Notes under the pieces: model-generated
What the model was told of the DNA's origin: nothing
Database searches by the model: none
Seen by the model: only the letters and a program-made list of their open reading frames with translations
Part shown: positions 24,601 through 36,361 of the stretch, piece by piece
How positions within the stretch are numbered: position 1 is the first letter of the stretch
How the letters are laid out: every line of letters starts with the position of its first letter
Source of the DNA: Hormiphora californensis
Taxonomy: Eukaryota; Animalia; Ctenophora
NCBI GenBank assembly: GCA_020137815.1
Contig: CM035353.1
Coordinates: 3,720,001 to 3,784,000, forward strand
Length of the DNA: 64,000 nucleotides
Direction: 5' to 3'
Made by a program: the position numbers and the translations under genes

Positions 24601-27600
24601 AGTCATATCAACAGTCACCATGATCGGCAGGTAATTTAAAAAATAATTTTGACACTTTAAAATTTCAACATTTTGCAAACCATATATTTGCTCCCTTCAG
24701 GGGAGGCTCTGGTACTTTTGGATACCGTATTCTGGGGACCCAAGTGAGAATTTATAGTGAACAACAGGGCAGTTGGACCACTTGTGGAACTGTTGAGGAG
24801 CATCAATCCAACCCAGAGTACACCATTACCTGTCCCGATGACATTGTAGCAACCAAATTGTGGTTGTATGATGACATTGTGGCAGAAAATGATCAGATGA
24901 TCATGGTTATCAAGGAGTTGACCGTTTATGGTCGTTTAATGGGTAAATCATAATACAGTCGGACCCCAATTTAGTGGCCCCCGATTTAGTGGCCCCCGAT
25001 TTAGTGGCACCCCGATTTAGTGGCAGGATTATTTCCCCCGATATAGGAAATTAATATTATTTGAACCCGAAATACCGGGCACCCCGATTTACCGGGCAAA
25101 ACCCTTTCCCCCCGAGCATCCCGGTAAATCGGGGTCCGACTGTATTATAGGAGAAGCATAAAAACAGTTACACTAGGCAAAAAAATTAAAAAATTAAACT
25201 TTATGCACAAACTTTTAGTAATGGACACGTCTTGATTGTGTCATGCTAAAAGTAAAAACTATCCTTACCCAAGATATATGAAGAACAGGGGATAAACATT
25301 ACACACAAAGATTACAAAGCCTAGCAAGATTTTGATCACATATTTTGTTAACGATCTCTTTCTCATCAATATATTATAGATGATCTGTTGATACTGTCAA
25401 AATATTATCTCAAGATACTGTCAAAATACTGTAGATTAAAAGATGTTATAGATTTGATTTTCTTGGTCCACACGTGGACCTTTACTCCCAGCCGTCCTAT
25501 CTAGGACAGACAACCCTCACCACCACAGACCCCAGTCCACGGACTGCTTCCTTTCCCATGAACACCTCATTTTATTTTCTCAGTGTTGTTTTCTTTTTTA
25601 ATACACCCTGTTTTCTTTTTCCATTTTTCACTTTGTTTTTCTGCTAGTTTGAGCTGCTTTGTGTCTTCCTGTTTTCAAGTGTGTTTTTTTCATGTTTAAT
25701 TTTCATCTGATTTTTGTTTCATTTGTGTTTTTACATTCCGCTTTTCGTACCCCACCCTATACTGTGATTTTTCTTCCTTTTTTTACAGTCCCTCCACCCC
25801 TAGTATTTTGCATCCCTTGTTATTGTATTGTTCTTATTATACGATCTAACCCAGACACTTTCGCTTGGGGAGGGCCTGGTGTGAGTGGTCCGTGCTATCA
25901 CAGTGCGAGGAAGAGCGTAGTTTACTCTTTTCAGCACTCATCATGCGCACGTGAGTCCCCACAATGCAGTACACGGAATAGGTCGGTATACAAATACCCT
26001 AGATTGTGTTTCGCGGGCGGGGCGCGCAAAACAGAGTCTAGCTAGGCAAGGGTAAAGTCGGATTTCTTGAAACTGTCGCCCCCTGGGTGGCGCACGAGTT
26101 TTTATTTGCGCGTCGGAAACTTGTTTCCGCTCTCATGCCTTTGTTTCTTGACCAATTTCGTCAAACTAAAGTTTTACGGACTCACAAAATTATGCTCTTT
26201 CCGATGATATAATGCGGTTTTTTGCCGAAAAGTGAGAGCAAGTGGGGGCTGTCATGCGCAAATACGACGCCCCGCATGAAAAGGAGTGCAACAGTTTCGA
26301 AAAATCCGACTTTACTGTGTATTTAGCACCAAGTAAAAGAAATCGTGGTTTCTTTTTATAGATTTATCAGTGTGCGTGGGAGCTCTCTGATTTTGTAAAT
26401 GGGGAATACTGATCTAAGAGAGGTTGATGTATACTGAATAATTGAAAATGGAGGGAGAGAGAGGAAGAAAATGATGGAGAGAGGAGGATAACGCAGGGAG
26501 CCGAGGGAGAGCTAATCACTATCTCGGGACAAAGCAAAGTTCTAGAAATAGGAAAGCTACCTTTGGTTTTATATTTTTCTTGAAGCTATAATATACTTTA
26601 AAAATAACTCATGCACCTTACGTCATAGATAGGTTTATAGCCACTATAATCGAAGCAGAATTTCACCCTGAGGAAGATGGTTGTACACATATTTATTTTT
26701 TTCTAGGATGTTTCTGAAACCCATAAAAGCCAAAAAACCTAAAAACCCTTAAAGGGCCTAAAAACCCAAATTTTATTTAATTATTTTGAACACTCCATTG
26801 TTACAAGTATGCTATTGGAGTCCCAAAAAACATAGGTACATGCCACACGGGCCCCAGGTGAGCTCAGGGCGAGCCCCTCAAGTTGGGGCCCCCTTGTAAA
26901 CGCACTTGTACTCCTTGAAGTGCTAACAATATGATCCTCTCTCAAATATAAATTTAGGATAGAAACTATCCTTGTGTTTTAGTAGATTTCATAATCTTTC
27001 TCATCAATTATTATTTAAGCCTATCAAAACTAGGAGAAAAAATTACCAGAATACAGAGACAAGAAATATTATGTACTCACCTGAAACACACAGTTCATAC
27101 ATTTGCAGTTTCATGTTTGTTTCATTTTGAATGCTCTGTTACACTGACATACACTCGTCTAAGTCTCTCTTTAATCCTAAATCTATCACTACACAACCGT
27201 ATCGCCTAGTTTGGTTCAGTAATTCTGTCAAATGGTGCTCCTTTTCTGTATCTTTCAACACAGTACCTCTAATAGCTGATCTCTAACGCACTCAATACCT
27301 GCTCGTTTTCTTGTACTCAGGTCACGTCCATAATATTGCTCTGTTTCAAAACATACTCCTTGTGCCAATGCTCCACTATATCCCCTAATAATTCCCAAAA
27401 TTTCAAGTTTCTATCTTCAAAACTGTGGTCTCAGTAGCATTAAAACTGTCCCTGCATTATCCTGCATTCTGGATACAGAATAACTTTGCGATGTGTGACA
27501 TAAACGAATTCTCGGGATTCTCCAAACTCTCTCACAAACAGTTCATACATTTGCAGTTTCATGTTTGTTTCATTTTGAATGCTCTGTTACACTGACATAC

Positions 27601-30600
27601 ACTCGTCTAAGTCTCTCTTTAATCCTAAATCTATCACTACACAACCGTATCGCCTAGTTTGGTTCAGTAATTCTGTCAAATGGTGCTCCTTTTCTGTATC
27701 TTTCAACACAGTACCTCTAATATCTGATCTCTAACGCACTCAATACCTGCTCGTTTTCTTGTACTAGCCACCACCCACCCCTCCACTTGTCTAAGTCTCT
27801 CTTTAATCCTAAATCTATCACTACACAACCGTATCGCCTAGTTTGGTTCAGTAATTCTGTCAAATGGTGCTCCTTTTCTGTATCTTTCAACACAGTACCT
27901 CTAATATCTGATCTCTAACGCACTCAATACCTGCTCGTTTTCTTGTACTAGCCACCACCCACCCCTCCACCCCACCCACCTCCCCCGTCGCTTATCGCGT
28001 GTAACAATTAATAAATGTTCTTATCAGGCCACCCGACTTCTAGAACATCTTACATTCCAGTAGCGCTGCAATCTGTCCTATACCCCTTATTTGTGTTTGA
28101 TCGTTTTCGTTTATCTTTGTCTCTACTGGAAATGGACACACTACACATCTCATCACCATCACGTCACGGTATCCATTACATCCATCAAGGTCGTAAGTTT
28201 GTCAGTCCGTTGTTATGTACAGTTGTATCCAAATTATGATCGTAGCCATTGAGAGATTCTATTCCTATTCTTAGTTAGTATCTTTAGCTAAAAGCGCTGT
28301 TGACAGACCGTACTCAAAATGGAAAACGTTACCTCGATCCAGACCAAGTCCAAGACTTGCTACCTTGTTCCAGAACAAAACATCTCAAGACTACCACAAA
28401 GGCAAAACGTTACCTTGTTCCAGACCAAACAAACGCAAGACACTCAAAGGCAAATTGTTACCTTGTTCCAGACCAAACCAAACTCAAGAATCTCTCAAAG
28501 GCAAAACGTTACCTGCTCCAGCTTAATATAAACCTTAGGAATTGATTTAGGCCAGGAGTAGTGTGATACCCCTGTCGACGCCGTGCGGCTCACGCCGCTC
28601 GGCGTCGCCAGTGGTTGACCACGGTCTTCCTGGAGCGTCTGAAGTAACATGCTCTGCATAAACTGATTGGTGGGTGGCCTTGCTACGGCGGAGTGGTGGA
28701 CGTGCTGGGGCGCCTAATAAGCGTGCTCGGTGCGGCCGCCGCTACTTTCGGGCAGGTCACTCGCCAGACGCAGCAAGTACAAACAAACAAACAAACCTGA
28801 AACACAAGGCTAAATTTTACCCAAAACTTCAAATTTCAGAGAGGATCATATTGTTAGCATTTCAAGGAGTACAAGCGCGTTTACAAGGGGACCCCAACTG
28901 ACCCCAACTTGAGGGGCTCCCCCTGGGCCCAAATTGGGCGGGTGGGGGCGTGTTTTTTGGGACTTGTTACGATGTAGTGTTCAAAATAATTAAATAAAAT
29001 TTGGGTTTTTAGGCCCTTTAAAAACCTAAGTTTAGGATTTGACCACTAAAATAAATTTGACTTCTAATCAGACACCAAAAGAACATTCTGCTCAATTTTG
29101 CCCATTATATATAATAGGCAATTATGAGCAGAATGGGATTATAGGCTATGGGCAAAAAAAGGTGACGCCCCCCCCCCCCTTGATAACTGTACAGGGGAGA
29201 GCGCTAGGAAACAAGTATGTTCGTTAGCTAATGTATAGGGAGAGAGTTAGTCTACTGTCTAATATAAGGCAGCTGGGGATCTCCCTCTAAAAGAGACATT
29301 ATAGAGGGACATCCTTAGCTGCCTTATATTAGACTAACTCTATTCTAATGCCCTCTCCCATTTCCCAACACATGCTTGCTTCAACCCTGTCTCAGCTGTT
29401 TAGAATTGTTTCTATACAAGAGCAATTCGATGATTATACTTATCATGGTTGGTCAAAAAACTAAAAGACCTTGAGATCGAACCACTACTATGTTTGTGTC
29501 AATTAAATTTATTAATTGCGTCCTAGGAAGATAGCTGTTGACATGTTGCGTATATTTTTACTGCTAACAGCATTGGAGGCGACCCTTGGTACGGTTCAGG
29601 CAGGTAATATAAATATAATATTAGTAGAGTCGATAACTACATCGCACGGCGTGCCTGGTGAAATTTTAACACGACCTAGCATGCAACGGGAAACCACCAC
29701 TTGTACGTGGTAGCTGAGGGTCTACAGAATGGCGCTACGGTGCGGGAAAAAACATTCCATTCCCTAAAATCGTTTTTTTTACTTTTATTTGATTTGGGTC
29801 AAAATTGGCTATATTAAACGTGGTCCCGAAAAATCCATAATGACTTAGCACACGAAATATGTCACCCCCACCTATTTTTGCACGTAGAATCGATTGCCGT
29901 TGAAGTCGAATCTCTAAAATGACTGTAAAATGGTCAAAAGTTGATTTTTTACCATTTTTTGGAGGTTTTTGGCCCCTAAACCATTGAAAAAGTTGAGATA
30001 GGAATTTGAAACTAGTGCCAATCGTTAAAATGGTCATTTTTCTACCAAGAACCAAGTTTTCGTGTATATCCGATTTATGGTTAGATTTGGGCAAATTGTT
30101 GAAATCTGCCAACTAGGAGAACCGTAACTTGATTTTCTTGTTTTTTGGATTTTGGCATTTTTGACAAACTTCTGATTGAAATGGTCAATCGGGACCATGC
30201 TTAAGTTGTTTATGGGACAATTTTCGACTAAAATCCAAGATTTCATACCAATCCAATAACAGATCGTTAATTTATAGAAAAATTAAGTAGGCAAAACGGT
30301 CAAAATGACAACTTTTCTTGCTTATTTTGACCGTTTTGCCTACTTAAATTTTCTATAAATCAACGATCTGTTATTGGATTGGTATGAAATCTTGGATTTT
30401 AGTCGAAAATTGTCCCATAAACAACTTAAGCATGGTCCCGATTGACCATTTCAATCAGAAGTTTGTCAAAAATGCCAAAATCCAAAAAACAAGAAAATCA
30501 AGTTACGGTTCTCCTAGTTGGCAGATTTCAACAATTTGCCCAAATCTAACCATAAATCGGATATACACGAAAACTTGGTTCTTGGTAGAAAAATGACCAT

Positions 30601-33600
30601 TTTAACGATTGGCACTAGTTTCAAATTCCTATCTCAACTTTTTCAATGGTTTAGGGGCCAAAAACCTCCAAAAAATGGTAAAAAATCAACTTTTGACCAT
30701 TTTACAGTCATTTTAGAGATTCGACTTCAACGGCAATCGATTCTACGTGCAAAAATAGGTGGGGGTGACATATTTCGTGTGCTAAGTCATTATGGATTTT
30801 TCGGGACCACGTTTAATATAGCCAATTTTGACCCAAATCAAATAAAAGTAAAAAAAACGATTTTAGGGAATGGAATGTTTTTTCCCGCACCGTAGCGCCA
30901 TTCTGTAGACCCTCAGCTACCACGTACAAGTGGTGGTTTCCCGTTGCATGCTAGGTCGTGTTAAAATTTCACCAGGCACGCCGTGATCGACCTCTCCCAA
31001 TTGTTCCAGTTTTTGTCACATCTGTTTGGAGCCTCGACACGACCTCTAAACAGGTGTTACTTTTTCACAAACTGTTTTCATCTTGGTGTAATCAGCTGTT
31101 GAAATGTTGTCGATCATAACAAAAACCGAACTATTTTTTTTCAACTTGGGGTAAAACCATGGGTGTCAAAAGTTAGCTCTAGGTCCCCTGAGTAACCATC
31201 CGGAGACTCTAAGAGATATTTCAAGCCGTTCTCCTGTAATCATTAATCCCGGTAGAGCACATATTTGAGTATGGACGTACGTGCAATTGCCTACAACCTC
31301 AACTTTAATGTATAACGTTAAAGTGCGTCTCTCTCTTTTCTCCCCCTTGAGAAAGAGTTATCTCGCGCGGCGCAACCGCACGTGCGGTTTTTCCAGAGAG
31401 AGTGAGAGACATACAATAACATGTAAACAGCCTGCCAGCGCTCACGTACGTCCGCATTGTATTTTTTTCTTCACCGGGATTAATGATTACGGGAGAACGG
31501 CTTGAAATATCTCTTAGAGTCTCCGGATGGTTACTCAGGGGACCTAGAGCTAACTTTTGACACCCATGGTTTTACCCCAAGTTGAAAAAAAATAGTTCGG
31601 TTTTTGTTATGATCAACAACATTTCAACTGCTGATTACACCAAGATGAAAACAGTTTGTGTAAAAGTAACACCTGTTTAGAGGTCGTGTCGAGGCTCCAA
31701 ACAGATGTGACAAAAACTGGAACAATTGGGAGAGGTCGATGTAGTTATCGACTCTACTATATGATGTAGTGAGATTGAGATCATTGTAAAAGCTCGATTT
31801 ACCGTGAAAAACCCTTCCACCGGGAAGTCCATTTAAGATCGAGGTTTGACTGTATTGACATAATAATGTAAATTTAATTCGTTGAAATCCTAAAATTCAT
31901 TCTTATATATCCCAAGATTGGAAAACCGTACAAGGATCTGGGCAGATCACCTGGAATTTTGAACGCAATTCTCTGGACATCACAACAACCTCAGTTCTTG
32001 GAAGCAACAATGCAGTCAGGCTAGATTTCTACAACCCTGGACTTCTTGGCTACATTGAAATCCACTTTCAAGAATCCTTTAGCTTCTATATGAGCTATTG
32101 TGCCGGGTTGGAGACCACGTTCACAGCTCCAGCAGCAGAAGTCGCCAAAACATGGACCATTTGGAAAACAGAGGACTTCTTGATTGTCGAGTGTAATGAG
32201 GTTGAGGTGCTGAGGTATGCCCTTCTAGATGATTGCAAGGAACACTGGAGTGTGGATAGTGCCGTGGCCCTCTTTTTCAGTTCTTATGATACTGCCTCCC
32301 TTCAATACCGTGTGAAAATAATACCAGGTAAAATTGATTAAATTTTTAGTTTTTCATTGAGTTGAGATTTTGGTTCTCTTATTTCTTCTCTTTCTGTCAT
32401 TCTTCTCTTTCTGTCATTCTATTCAATGAATTAAAATTAGGGGAACTAGTAGCAGCAGCAGAAACTGCAGCTGAAGATATACAACTGACTAAGATATGCA
32501 CATAATCACCCTAAACACTAAACATGATTCACCCACGCTGTCTCTATATTTGGTCCTACTTTGATCAAACCTAACCGTACACCTTGACTTACAGAACGTT
32601 TATTCTTCCCCCGAAGAGCCCGATTATAAATCGAAGTAGGACAACAAAATTCTGCACATGATAGAGTGTTTTTACAATACCACTTCCGAGTCTTGTTTTC
32701 GTTATTATGACTATGTTCCCCGTTTGCCAACCATCAGGTCATTAGTCATTATCAGCTCGTGTGATTATTTTCATTTAATTCAACTTACTGTCTACCCTTG
32801 ATAAACTTCCTTAAATGTGTAATATGCGGCACTTCAGTTTTCACCCACTCTCCCATTATATGGACGTATTATACAGAAGACTCTACTCTCTACTCTTATC
32901 TCATGTAACCTCCTTGTAACCTTGACAACAGTTATATTTTACTGCTCTCTTATCCCTTAGCAAACCAGAGCAAACATTTTAGAGATGATGAATGCACGTG
33001 ACATTTATTATTGTCCAGACTATAAAAGTAAACACTATGAACCACCACGTTACGTCATTGTTTTACGAGTGTTGCTTGTGTGCTTATATTTATCCAGCAT
33101 CATTTCATCTGGTTGCTTAGCGTTGTATTGTATTCTTACAATTGTGGTCCCCGAATATATATTGTTATCTGATTTTTATGATATCAGTAAAAATACATAA
33201 GTTTTTATTGAAGTTAAGTTATAATTCAACTCGTTACATATATTGTCATAGTGTGCAAGAGTGGAATGGCCGTGTTTTTCATAGTATGGAACATTGTCAT
33301 AATAGCAGCTTGTGCAGGTCAACAACTCGTTCTGATAAACCCGACACAGAGATCAATCAGCAATGGTAGGGATGCCTCAAAAGCCATTGATGGTGACGTG
33401 GGAACTGAGTACCATTCTCTGACATCGGATGCTGAGGAATGGATAAAGTTTGATTTGCAGGACCCATCAATCATATCAACAGTCACCATGATCGGCAGGT
33501 AATATAATTTTGAACATTTCAACATTTTGAAATTCATGTTATATTTGCTTCCTTCAGGACAGACTATAAAACTTGGGGAAACCGTATTCTGGGGACCCAA

Positions 33601-35986
33601 GTGAGAATCTATAGTGAACAACAGGGCAGTTGGACCACTTGTGGAACTGTTGAGGAGCATCAATCCAACCCAGAGTACACCATTACCTGTCCCGATGACA
33701 TTGTAGCAACCAAATTGTGGTTGTATGATGACACTGTGGCAGAAAATGGCGGTACCACCGATGGAGGAGTGATTATGATAATCAAGGAGTTGACTGCTTT
33801 TGGAAACCCCACAACGAGTAAGTGTCTAGATGGATGAAACGTCTGCTTGTCAGTATACAGAAGGCAATGTTCGCTGATATGTTGAACAGGAACCGACCTA
33901 ATCAGGAAACACTGGTCCCTGATTGGCTGATAACCAGTCACGTGACCGAAATGACCAGTTCTGATTGGCTGTTTACTTGTTTCGGTCGGTTCATGATGTT
34001 AAATATCGTAAATGTGTCCTGCTGCAGCATACTAAATTACAATAACTCAGATATATAATATAAACTCTAGTTCAACACATACCGTATATATATTTCTATG
34101 AACTTGTGTTTGGTAAATTATGGTTTTTACTGTTGTTTGCTATTTTGTATTCACTTAGTGGGAATTTGTCTAATCTACGGTGGTCTACCAACTGCTTGAC
34201 AGGTTTTCTATACTATAGAGAACCTGTCAAGCAGTTGGTAGACCACCGTAGATTAGACAAATTCCCATTTTCACATAACGTATTATACCCAAAAAACCCA
34301 TCGACCCCCCACCCCTCTGGCCAACCACCGACCCTCTCTGACCTTAAATAAACCACCGAACCTCCCAACTCCTACTCAAATATCAGCGGTACTTACTCAA
34401 GGACAAGTAGTTTTCCTGCAGACATGCCTCCACGTGATTTAGAGTTCGCCGGACAAACAAGGGGAGTGCTCCATTCGAACATGTAATAACAGTAGTCTGT
34501 GTTGTTATTCGCTTCGTCCAGGAGTTGCGGTTCACCCTGTTACAGAAGTGAGAAGTCAGTGATAATATATGATATATTGATATATATTGTATTGTATGTA
34601 TTGTATATATTGTATGTACATTCAACTGTAGTTTTTTATTGCGGTTCACTCTGTTTTTTATGAATTTTTTATGAAACAAAGTTCTTATTCTACTGTAGTT
34701 TTGTGCGCTAGAGAGCTACAGACATACATGGTGCCGACTGCCGAAATTTTAAATAAATTCTCATCAAAATGTGTCTGCAGTGACTTAGATAAGGATGGAA
34801 AGGTGTTTGCAGTACAAATATCCAATTACCATCTGCAAAGATAAAACATTTCTTTGTGAAAAGAGAATTTGTGGCCCGCGAGTATTATTACATGGGTTCC
34901 ATATATCATAATGGAGTGTATTATATTGTAGCCCCTGACAAGATAGACGGAATAAAATTTCGTAACGACGTTACAACTACTCTGTTTCGATAGATGCAAA
35001 AAAAGGGCGAGAGAGAGAATGGCTTCACTCACAGAAAAGTGTAACTTACGTTTCCATCAACATTGGGGTCACAAATAAACAAAATCTGAGCTTTCCTTGC
35101 TTGTTTGTTGCAGTGGTTGTGGTAATTATCTCCCTCCCCGAATACCAGCTGCACCCACTCGTCTGAAGAAAATGCATCTTTTGAGCCCCCCTAATAAACC
35201 CTGCGAGGTCTGTTAGTTGCACAAAAAGTTCTGTTTTGAAAGCAAAACAATAAATTCTGAGGAAGAAACACCACTTTTACCTCCCCCGTGTCGTGAGATG
35301 ATCTTGGTCGCAACAACATGCTGTTCACCATTGCCCGTCTGTAGGATTGCATCATTCTTCAGGTCGTTACCTGAAACGAATATATAATACAGCTTGGTGT
35401 ACTGCGATAAGGTGATGAAGTTATACAGTAGGTCAAAACTGTTGTTGACCCGGATATTTCGCCAAAAGATCTCATTTTACCGCCCCAGGAATAGAAAAAA
35501 AACACAGCACTATAACAGCTACAGATCGCGATGAAATAGTAAAATATCAAGGTCACACACTATCAGGTGCTTACTTACCTAAGTCAATATTTGATTCTCC
35601 GCAAAGGGCAAAGTGGTAGACCCACCCGGAACTATCTTCAACCTTGTACCTGCAGGGAATATATTCAATAAACAACGGAATTTCAAGGATATAATATGTT
35701 TTTTAACCAAAAAAAACAATTAAGTTTTGGTGAAACAGCCTATTATTCTTGGCACTGATCTGACGGACACTGATCTGAACCTGATTCATGGTTGCACTTT
35801 TGTTGCCTTAATATTAAATAACTGTCACAAACAAGATGCAAGATCTTGCAAAACTTACACTTTAGTACCAAGGGGAGACAAGTCGTATTTGTTGGTGTCA
35901 CCGTTTAGATTCTCCTTGCAGAGTTTGTTAATATCAGCCCCGTTTGTGTTTCGTAGGGTAGTGAACAGTAGTAGTAACGGTAACAT
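21611..35986 (-). CDS. M6PR: Cation-dependent mannose-6-phosphate receptor; exons 35986-35859, 35649-35579, 35370-35281, ~35190-35050, 34536-34397, 22404-22296, 22071-22015, 21706-21611
   Basis: Signal peptide; WVQLVFGEGDNYHNHCNKQARKAQILFIC; CYYMFEWSTPLVC; TM followed by YKRFVLGARGIEQIPNLKFWKD; C-terminus DDDERLIM*. All match the CD-MPR pattern. Confidence 0.9.
22418..22726. repeat. 13-14-bp G-rich minisatellite GTTAG(G/A)GTTGGGAT, about 22 units
   Basis: Seen directly; begins just inside the M6PR intron next to the acceptor. Confidence 0.9.
24266..24356. mobile_element. TA-flanked CAGTCGGACCCCGATTTA MITE; also 24956-25142, 44393-44564 and several fragments
   Basis: TIR CAGTCGGACCCC; internal CCCCGATTTAGTGG subrepeats; TA TSD. 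Confidence 0.85.
24389..24953 (+). CDS. Secreted F-type-lectin-like paralogue 2; exons 24389-24630 and 24701-24953 (or donor at 24943); antisense within the M6PR intron
   Basis: Signal MFCIVLVLLIMGTTNA; same phase-2 intron after MIGR; high identity to paralogue 1. Confidence 0.85.
26053..26313. mobile_element. Short TIR element; uninterrupted version of 52187-52967
   Basis: TAAAGTCGGATTT...AAATCCGACTTTA; shows the empty sites for two insertions found at 52 kb. Confidence 0.75.
26691..29058. mobile_element. Degenerate inverted-repeat element hosting a retroposon
   Basis: 26750-26900 is mirrored at 28885-29020. Confidence 0.55.
27091..28794 (+). mobile_element. Retroposon-like insertion with internal tandem repeats and (AAAC)n tail
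   Basis: 12-bp TSD ACCTGAAACACA at 27079-27090 and 28795-28806; internal ~448-, ~182- and ~60-bp repeats. Confidence 0.7.
29543..32505 (+). CDS. Secreted protein with one ctenophore-type extracellular domain; exons 29543-29603, 31917-32327, probable terminal exon 32441-32505
   Basis: Signal MLRIFLLLTALEATLG; phase-1 introns; WKTV..SLDITTTSVLGS..KTWTIWKT..IVECNEVEVL..YDTASLQYR resembles a repeat domain I recall from ctenophore proteomes. Confidence 0.75.
29622..31759. mobile_element. Foldback MITE (TAGTAG ends, TSD TAT) interrupted by a Chapaev-like palindrome
   Basis: Left arm 29622-29644 continues at ~30990; mirrored to 31759; TAT flanks. Confidence 0.85.
29645..30985. mobile_element. 1341-bp palindromic Chapaev-like (CMC) non-autonomous element
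   Basis: CACGG...CCGTG ends; 4-bp TSD ATCG; ~660-bp arms; ~17-nt spacer. Confidence 0.85.
33266..33837 (+). CDS. Secreted F-type-lectin-like paralogue 3; exons 33266-33498 and 33558-33817 (donor) or to the stop at 33837; antisense within the M6PR intron
   Basis: Signal MAVFFIVWNIVIIAACAG; H-x27-RTD-x6-R resembles the F-type fucose-binding motif. Confidence 0.85.
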
Positions 35987-36040
35987 GGTTATCTAGCTAC
36001 TGATTTAATGGATTATTATTATTAAATCTGTTTACAATAA

Positions 36041-36361
36041 CTAGCAAAACTGGGGCGATCGTACCGATCGCAAATCGAGGGGTCTGTTTCTATATTTTTC
36101 TCTCTGCCTGTCTGCTATATGCTATGTGATGTGATCCCTCTCTTTGTCTCTCTTTCTCTCCCTTTTATACATGTGATGTGACCCCTCAAGTCGCAAGCAG
36201 TTCTCAACACGTGTGATACGTGATACCTACGAATCACGTCGTCACACTGACGGATCACATCGCCACACTGACGGATCACGTCGTCACATTGACGGATCAC
36301 GTCGTCACATTGACGATAGGGTGTCACATTTCCGTGCAAATTTGCATTAGATATAGTTAGA
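36041..36361 (-). mobile_element. Non-autonomous Helitron with 21-bp internal repeats
   Basis: A|TC...hairpin...CTAG|T on the minus strand; no TSD. Confidence 0.75.

Noticed and set aside
24266-25142. Lectin 2 moved as a composite transposon between two identical-family MITEs
   Set aside because: Homology to paralogue 1 continues beyond the right MITE (25160-25307), and this MITE family is abundant.
26660-26690. Hammerhead-like CTGAGGA motif
   Set aside because: The GAAA half and closing stems are not present.
29735-30895. Repeated 125-aa MADFNN... ORFs on both strands
   Set aside because: Mirror products of a palindromic non-autonomous element; non-ATG start; no transposase motif.
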